This document shows positions 53,618-64,000 of a stretch of 64,000 nucleotides of DNA, piece by piece (position 1 is the stretch's first letter; each line of letters begins with the position of its first letter). The position numbers and the translations under genes are program-made. Source of the stretch: Chrysomallon squamiferum (Eukaryota > Animalia > Mollusca); assembly GCA_012295275.1 (NCBI GenBank), contig CM022674.1:15872001-15936000 (forward strand). Direction: 5' to 3'. The notes beneath the pieces are model-generated. The model was not told the DNA's origin and searched no databases. It saw only the letters and a list, made by a program, of their open reading frames with translations.

Positions 53618-53762
53618 CGACTAAATCCTAACATGTGATATAAAACAGAAGCATCTTTCTCATCAAAACCATCATCACAGATTGTTCCCCACGTCCCGTT
53701 TACTGCAATCTCAACTCGACCTTGTGTTGGTTTTCCTCTTCCATTCACTAAGCGTACTGGTT
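53618..53762 (-). CDS. SRCR first-half exon (orphan; Cys->Tyr)
   Basis: PVRLVNGRGKPTQGRVEIAVNGTWGTICDDGFDEKDASVLYHMLGFS; near-identical to 41648-41792. Confidence 0.8.
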
Positions 53763-53982
53763 CTGAAATAATGACAGGTTTATATATGATCAGTCAATCA
53801 TGATAGTGCAAATTATTCCGAAAGAAAATAGTATATAAAGAAATATGATAATTTTCATTTACGAAGATATTTGTTAAAGTATAATACAGATACCGTCATA
53901 TCTTTGGCTTTGTTGTAGATACCAACATCGAACGTATGTATCATTATCAAGGATTTTAATTTTAGTTATTTTAATGAAAACA

Positions 53983-54124
<142 letters not shown>

Positions 54125-55459
54125 TATAATGAAATACTGAAAGGTTTCAATATGAACTGACACAGCCATGCTTAATATATAATTAATGAAATAATAATTT
54201 ACACCGATTCGTTTTTTCAATTTTCCAAAAATATTTAAATTTCCAACACTGCATACCTCTTTACCTCCAAGTTCTGTGCTCAAAATACATATGTTTATCT
54301 TTTTCTCAGTATTTTAATTTAGCAAATAAAAAGTCAGAATAGAAAATAGTGATAAAGCTAAATAATTATAATTCAGCTTTCTAATTTTAAGTTTGTCTTT
54401 ATTAGTGTTTGAATGAACACACAGTATAATTTGTCTGAAGGAATAATTCATTTTTTTTTAAATTAAATATTTAAATATTTAATATATAATCAGAATAGAA
54501 AGTGGTGACATTATTTTTTATTTGATATAATTAACAGTCAATTTTCTGGGTGTTTTTTTCGTTTTATTTTTATTTGATTTTTGAGAATAAATATTATGCA
54601 TAATTGACAATTATTATGATTAACAGGACCAGACAATTCAACTTTATAAGTACATTAATTAAACGTTATTAATGTGTCTAATATTTAAGTTTAGCTTTAT
54701 TACATCTTGAATGAACACAAAATATAAAGCATTTTAACAAAGCATTTTTACTCTAAAATATCTCAATTTAATCAGTAGTAGCTGGAAACAAACAGTTCAC
54801 TCTAAAAATCACACTTTTCAGTGACTCACTTGGGATCAATTTGAAACTGGAAACGTAAAAAGGTCTTAACTTTACATAAATAAATTTAAAAAAATTGATA
54901 AAGCCGAATTTTTAATCGCATACAAAAACAGCGCAAGACCCGGAAGTGAAACACTAAAACATGTTAGTCACAAAATATCAACACAGTCATCCAACACATC
55001 ACACTGAATATTTAAAATTCAAAATAAATTCAAATTAGCAAAACTTTATGTTTTGTCGTTCATGCTTGTGTTTATTGTTTATGTTTTATTCGTATAAATG
55101 TACGTATATTTCTGTATGTTAAGTATGTGTGTATGAAAGTAAGTAAATATTCATGCTTATGCATATATATATATATCTGTAAATATATATGCATGCTTGT
55201 GGAGACAAGAATCACACCTTTAAACACCTTGGATGTTTAAACACCTCAGTCTGAGGCAACAAGGTGATTTAACAAGGAATATAAACGCTAAATTGACAGC
55301 AATTTATATAAATCAATAAGTATATCTATCCACTGCACGGAGAATCTGCACGGAGAACACAAAAAAACATTAAAATTTTAGGTATAATAAACGTTATTGA
55401 CACAGGTTAACTGCACATTACACCCTATCAACATAAGAATAACAACAAATTCAGCACAC

Positions 55460-55518
<59 letters not shown>

Positions 55519-56839
55519 CTCAACAACAACAAAAAAAAAGAAATAATTAAAATCTGTAATTTCATAATCTTAGTTTTTAAAAGTATTACAGCCTAGTGCA
55601 TTTCTGAATTATTTAATCTCTAAAAGTGTCAAAATGGACATTGTGTGGTCAGCATGTCCATTTTATGTGAATATCACTATTAAACTCCAAATATTACATC
55701 TTGGGTTGAAATAATACTTTGAACTTTAATGTTCAATTAAAGTCATTTCAAGGTCGAGCAAAAGGTGAAAATGTTCCAAAATGTATTTGCTACCTGCTAT
55801 TGGCTCATTTGGAACCCTTACCAAATTATCTTTCCAATAAAATATTTTCATAAAAATGTACCTACTTATTAGCAAAGTATCAATCAAAAAATAGTGGCAG
55901 TTATGCCCATTTGCACCAAAATGTCAACATTCGAGGGCGAATATTATTGAGCCTGTTATACCAATGTCATCTAACATACATGCTTTCTACTGTGAATCTT
56001 TTGTCCATGTGAATGTGACTAACGTTTATAGGAATTATTATAGTAATTATTAAACTAAATTATTAAATTTATGATAATAAAATATAGTTAATACGTCATT
56101 TTAATATTTGGTTTTCTCGCCTATAGACAGAACGGAAGAGGTGAACAATATTAACACGTAATATCGTCCATTAAGCCGAACATCGATCGTACTTATGAAC
56201 CGGGAAGTGTTGTCATCAACCAGTAACAGAATAATCGAAAACACGATTTTTAAGCAAAAATGAAATTAATGATATTATTTAAACTGAAACATTTTGAATT
56301 CATAATTCGTCAATTTTTAAAGATCGTTCACATAAAAACTGCTCTGGCATGCATACATCACGCACACTTAAATTAACTGAGTGAATACATTATAATAACT
56401 AAATAAATGCATCAATCAATAATTACAAAAATCTTATATATCTAAACTTATCACTTGATTCTCGTTATGGGTTCATTCGTTATGATTATCATCTTGTTTC
56501 ACTGGTATTTTCTCTCAGTCACTGACTCAGTTTAAATAAAAATTGTGTTGACATTCTGCGATTGGGATTTGATATCTATCCGCATATAGATTGCTCCAGA
56601 ACATTTTTTTTTATTTTACTTTTTTCTTTAATATATTTTTTCTTTATTTTTAGATTATTTAAATTTATAATATTATCCTGATTCCTGTTTTTGTATACAT
56701 AACATTCTGACTGACTAAGCTTAATCTTATAATCGAAATCTAACTGAATCCAGATTTATACACTGTATAATTATTCTAGATGTAAATGTTTGACAATTCA
56801 TAAACAGGCACACAGACAAATATAATATGTATTACAAAT

Positions 56840-57300
56840 AATACAAGTATTTTGTAACCGGACAGCTAACTTAACCCAACTTTGCACATTGTAGGATTAT
56901 ATGATGCTACGACTATTTCACAGTTCATAAACGAGCGTGCAGACAAAGGATACTAGATGATTGTTGACACTTAACAAAAGGGTGGACACTCTGATGTTAA
57001 ATATGTTAAAATATAACGACTGTTTCTCAGTGCTAAACGCGGACTGACGACAACTTTAAATATTTTATTATATTTCGCGGGGAAAATAGTTAACAGTAGT
57101 GAAAATAGACATACATTAAATACGTCAAGCTGTATGTGTTGTTCGTCCGTGCTAAACAAATAATAATGGTGTATACTTGTTAAACACGGATTGATGCGAA
57201 ATTTAAATATTTTATTACATTTTACGGGGGAAAATAGTCGGTTTCGTACTTTGCGGTTTCGATGATTCTATACGATTTTTGTAGATTAATGTTAATTATT
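56840..57300 (+). repeat. Diverged copy of the segment at ~46320-46720 / ~49385-49790
   Basis: Shared blocks ttttgtaaccgg..ctaact, ggactgacgacaa, cgcggg(g)aaaatagttaaca, ttcgtccgtgctaaacaaataataat and actttgcggtt. Confidence 0.75.
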
Positions 57301-57674
57301 GTGCAGTTATTGTTTCTTTGTTTGTTGTTATTGTTTTTGTTTGTTTTTAATTATTATTTTATGTTACAGATCGTTAAAGAATACGTAAAGATAATTTTGT
57401 AATGCTGTTTTCGTTTTCCAAATATATCCCTGCACATGTAATCGTACTCAAATCATTTTCTAAAACGTGAATATTTTTATTTAGATCAGACAGCAATAGC
57501 TCAGTACTGCTACCACGATAGCTAGACGCGTGTTTTCTTAGTTCAAATGAAGCAATAGTACTAGCCTAATGAAAAAAATATATTAACTAGAGGAATAAAA
57601 AAGTATGTATGAAACACAATTCCGAGTGACAGGAATTTTTTATAATTCAAAATATTGTAAATAATGCCATTCAA

Positions 57675-57676
<2 letters not shown>

Positions 57677-57757
<81 letters not shown>
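57677..57757 (+). repeat. Poly(A) tract (~81 nt)
   Basis: Uninterrupted A run. Confidence 0.95.
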
Positions 57758-57759
<2 letters not shown>

Positions 57760-58348
57760 GAAAGACGGACGGTTTCCCAAATTAATGAAAAAAAGAAAGC
57801 AATATGAAAGAAAATGTTTGAATTTTTAATGTGTTTTAGCTTTTATTTGATATAAATCCATAAACTGCTAATTTTGAAACAAATTGCTAAATGTAAATTT
57901 ATAACACTTGTGAAATTTAATTTTATGTTTGTTTTCTTTGGAAAAAGTTGTTATATGTAAATTTACATAAACAAATGTTGCTGAATTATTTTATTTTAAT
58001 TTATGTTCTGGATAAAGATATGTTTATGACAATATAAAAAAAAATTGTCAATAACTGCAGAATATAATTTGTATCAGTTATTACTAGAAAAATACACCGA
58101 AAGTGCACGTAATTTGAAATAAATACAAGAACAACAATAAACAGGCTAATAATAAGGTTTAGTAATATTCAGTCTCTTCTCATTAACATTATCTTATAAC
58201 GGTGTTAATTTAATGTAAAATGATGATTGTTAAACTTCAGATATTATATTATATTTGATTTAGAACGAAGATCCTCATTTACCTTAATGCATCTGTAAAC
58301 GAAAAAGAAAGAATGATAGATACATACATACACATATATGCCTCCACC

Positions 58349-58462
<114 letters not shown>

Positions 58463-59353
58463 ACGCGCGCGGTCTTTTCCCCTGTACATGTATGTTGTGA
58501 CTTGAAACTGTCCATGATACTGTAGCCATAGATCACATTTAAAAAATGAAATGTATATAGTTTCAAACCTTCTTATTTAGCATTTCTGAAATAACTAAAC
58601 TAAAGCTGTAAAGTGTGTGTGATTTAGTTTTGTTTTCTTTCTCTCTGAAAATCTCTTTATGTAATTTCTTTGAACTCGGTCATTACACTTTTCCAGTTAC
58701 TGTTTCTGGTTGTTTATGCTTCTTTTAAAGAAATAAATTGGTTAGATGAAAAACTGTTTATTAATCAATTTTCGTATGAGATATCTAGAACGGGAAATAA
58801 GCATTTTGTAGTTAACATTTTAAATAATTTCCAATTAGTATTTGTTGTGTGTGGAAATTACACAAGACTTAAACATTAAACTTCATGAAGTAGTTAAATT
58901 GTGCTGTAATTAACTATTGTTATAATATAAGAAAAATATTACAATTCGGTAAATTTTATTTATTGTTTATGAGTAATCAAGACAATACAATATGTTAATA
59001 TGAATGCATATAAGACACTATTTTATTAATACTAATAAAAATAATAAAATAATACTAATAAAAATAATAACAGCAAAGCATTTCAACCACTGATCTGTCT
59101 GTCTGTCTGTCCGTATCTATGTATATTTCTTTCTAATCGGTTTGTTTATCGATATATATCAACCTTTAGATCAGTTAAGTTACAGGTGTTTTTCGCTATC
59201 TAAAATATATCATAAAAATTATAATAGCATTTGATTTAATACAGTGATAAAAGATCATATACATAAATCAATAGCAATAAGAGAAATATTAAATATAAAT
59301 AAAAAAATAGTTTTTCTTTTCTTAAGCATGGATATCTTTGACAGAACTCTTTT

Positions 59354-59660
59354 TGCATGACCATGAGTAATATTCATTTTCATAAATGGCTTGCATGTAA
59401 TTATGCCCAACTAACTTTTTTTTTATTATGTGACTGTCAAGCAGTAATCATTTATATGAGGAAAAGTAACAAAGGAAATGAAATTTGTAAATTAAATTGT
59501 TTTCCGTTCCTTCAGTGTATCAGTGTGAATAAGCAAGATAGTGACTGACATTTAAATATATAAAATAACTGAATAGTCAGTGAGTCTAAATTTACCAACA
59601 ATCCTTTTATCTACATGATAATTGTACGAAAGAAAAAAAAGAGGTTTTCAGTTACCAATA

Positions 59661-59709
<49 letters not shown>

Positions 59710-60650
59710 ATACACACATATCTCATCGCTAAGAAGAAATATAATGCAAAGGGTACGCTAAGAAGGATTGATCCTACAGCCTCTTATGATACCATATATC
59801 AATATATCTGACACCTGTACCCATATGATTTAATTCTACGTGGTCAGTACACCACTATTATATATAACTACAAATGACCCATTTAACGTCAGCAATATAA
59901 TTAATTATACATTGCCTTATAATAAAAATCTCACGTAACAATGAACTTCAAAATGTAATGAAAAGATAACCATACACATCTGTAACACAGTTTGATGTAA
60001 CTTGTTCCTTTAATGTATTTTGCCTCATTGTAATATTGTTTTTGAGAAATATGCTCAGATCTTCAACGCTGTAATATAAATATTTGTCAACCCTACCGAC
60101 CCATATACAACTGTAATATAATCTGTTGTATATCGTACTGACCTTTGTAACCTGTAATGTGTTCACTTATATAGCCTACTGACCCAAACACCCATGTAAT
60201 ATAATTCTTTGTATATACTACTGACGCACACACCTGTGTAATGTAATTCTTTGTGTCATACTGACTCGTGAATCTGTGGGTGCCCTCCCAAAACACTGAG
60301 GTCCCATAACGCGGAGGCATTAAACAATACAAGACAAGGTTGAGCGCATTACTAATAACGTGCCGTTTACCTTGAATAACACGGGATGTCTCCGTATTAT
60401 TGTTCTTATACAGAACTCTATTGTTCTTATATAGAAATCACTGATACGCGCTAACCCCTAGCACAATAAGCGATTATGGAATAGTCTGTATCAATAAATA
60501 ACCTGAAAAAAATCGTTCGATCACTTCATCGTTTATTTTACTGCATAGTTAAAATTATAGTCATTTGTTCATTTTATTACATCTATAAATAATAGGTCAT
60601 TCATAACCTTCACATATTTAAAATTATAGTTATTCATAACATTTATTCAT
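59354..60650 (-). mobile_element. Third copy of the MULE element terminal region
   Basis: Starts tgcatgacca(c/t)gagtaatattc, as at 24691; collinear with 24691-~25995. Confidence 0.9.
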
Positions 60651-60862
60651 TTTATTATTTAAGGATGACATACTGATTAAACACCTGTATCTGAGGCAGT
60701 ACAAATCATATATAATAAATTATTTATGAACTAAGATTGGATAAAAAAATATGTTGATAATGATGATCATAAATAAATAAATAAAACATATATTGAAGTA
60801 TACATAATGTATTTAGGCTATTTAATTGTATGTAAACAGTGTCATAAAATGTGTACTCTTAC

Positions 60863-63376
<2,514 letters not shown>

Positions 63377-63693
63377 CTGAAAATAGCATTATAAATATAA
63401 AATAGACAATGGATATTTAAAAAATAATAAGTATAAAATAATTTTGCTACTTGCTTAAAAAAGAGAAAAAGGAAATAATAATAATAATAATATTAACAAT
63501 AATTATAATAAACAAAGAAACAAACTAAGTATCTAACAAATAAATAAATAAATAAGTAAATAAATTAGTAAGTAAACAAAAATAAGTGAGTAAGTAAGTA
63601 AGTATATACGTAAGTAAATAAATAAATAAACATTAACCAATAAAAGCTAAGTTATAAATTTATGTATGTGCGATTTCTTCTGTGCCAGTGCAA

Positions 63694-63731
<38 letters not shown>

Positions 63732-64000
63732 CAACAACAACAACACAACAATGATACAATCAATAATTAAGAAAGAAAATGATGTCTGACATTTCATTAA
63801 TTTAAAATTTTTATAATGTCGTTTTATATTTGTCTTTTTCTCCTTTCTTTCATCCAATCTTGTTATTCGTTCACTGTTTATATAATTACAGTACCTGATC
63901 TGTATAGGACAGTATTGTCAATAAAATCATAAAACAAAGAAGTTTTCTGAAGTATTCTTAATACATTAATTGATTAATAATGTGTTCATTTATCAGCAAT

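Noticed and set aside
55795-55830. FGKGS on the minus strand as the PARP YGKGSYF motif
   Set aside because: It is flanked by stops, lacks YF and has no upstream HGT exon or splice sites; likely chance.

Overview
AT-rich, microsatellite-dense, intron-containing animal genomic DNA. The gene content and a tRNA-type SINE suggest an invertebrate, probably a mollusc (inference). There is a 200-N scaffold gap at 18989-19188. Most ORFs in the track are microsatellite artefacts; real genes had to be assembled by hand from GT-AG exons, and all lie on the minus strand. (1) A disrupted type-I membrane receptor (4271-7702) with two tandem copies of an unrecognised ~113-aa Cys-containing ectodomain and a Tyr-motif-rich tail. 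(2) The C-terminal six exons of an apparently intact TKL-like protein kinase (15013-18734) with a Cys-rich activation segment; its N-lobe is lost at the gap. (3) A large, partly decayed SRCR/(MAM relic)/Ig/FN3/TM receptor (~35.5-53.8 kb) and a duplicate of its 3' end (19189-24690). (4) Two disrupted PARP12/ZAP-like ZnF-WWE-WWE(-PARP) genes (27.6-29.4 kb and 60.9-63.4 kb). (5) A decayed secreted Cys-rich gene (29.7-32.2 kb). These are interleaved with three copies of a MULE/FLYWCH element, Tc2/pogo and other MITEs, Tigger, Gypsy-gag and SINE fragments, and nested duplications, including a 3.06-kb tandem repeat that created a chimeric SRCR exon. Overall the window looks like a birth-and-death cluster of innate-immune-type genes being shuffled by duplication and transposons.
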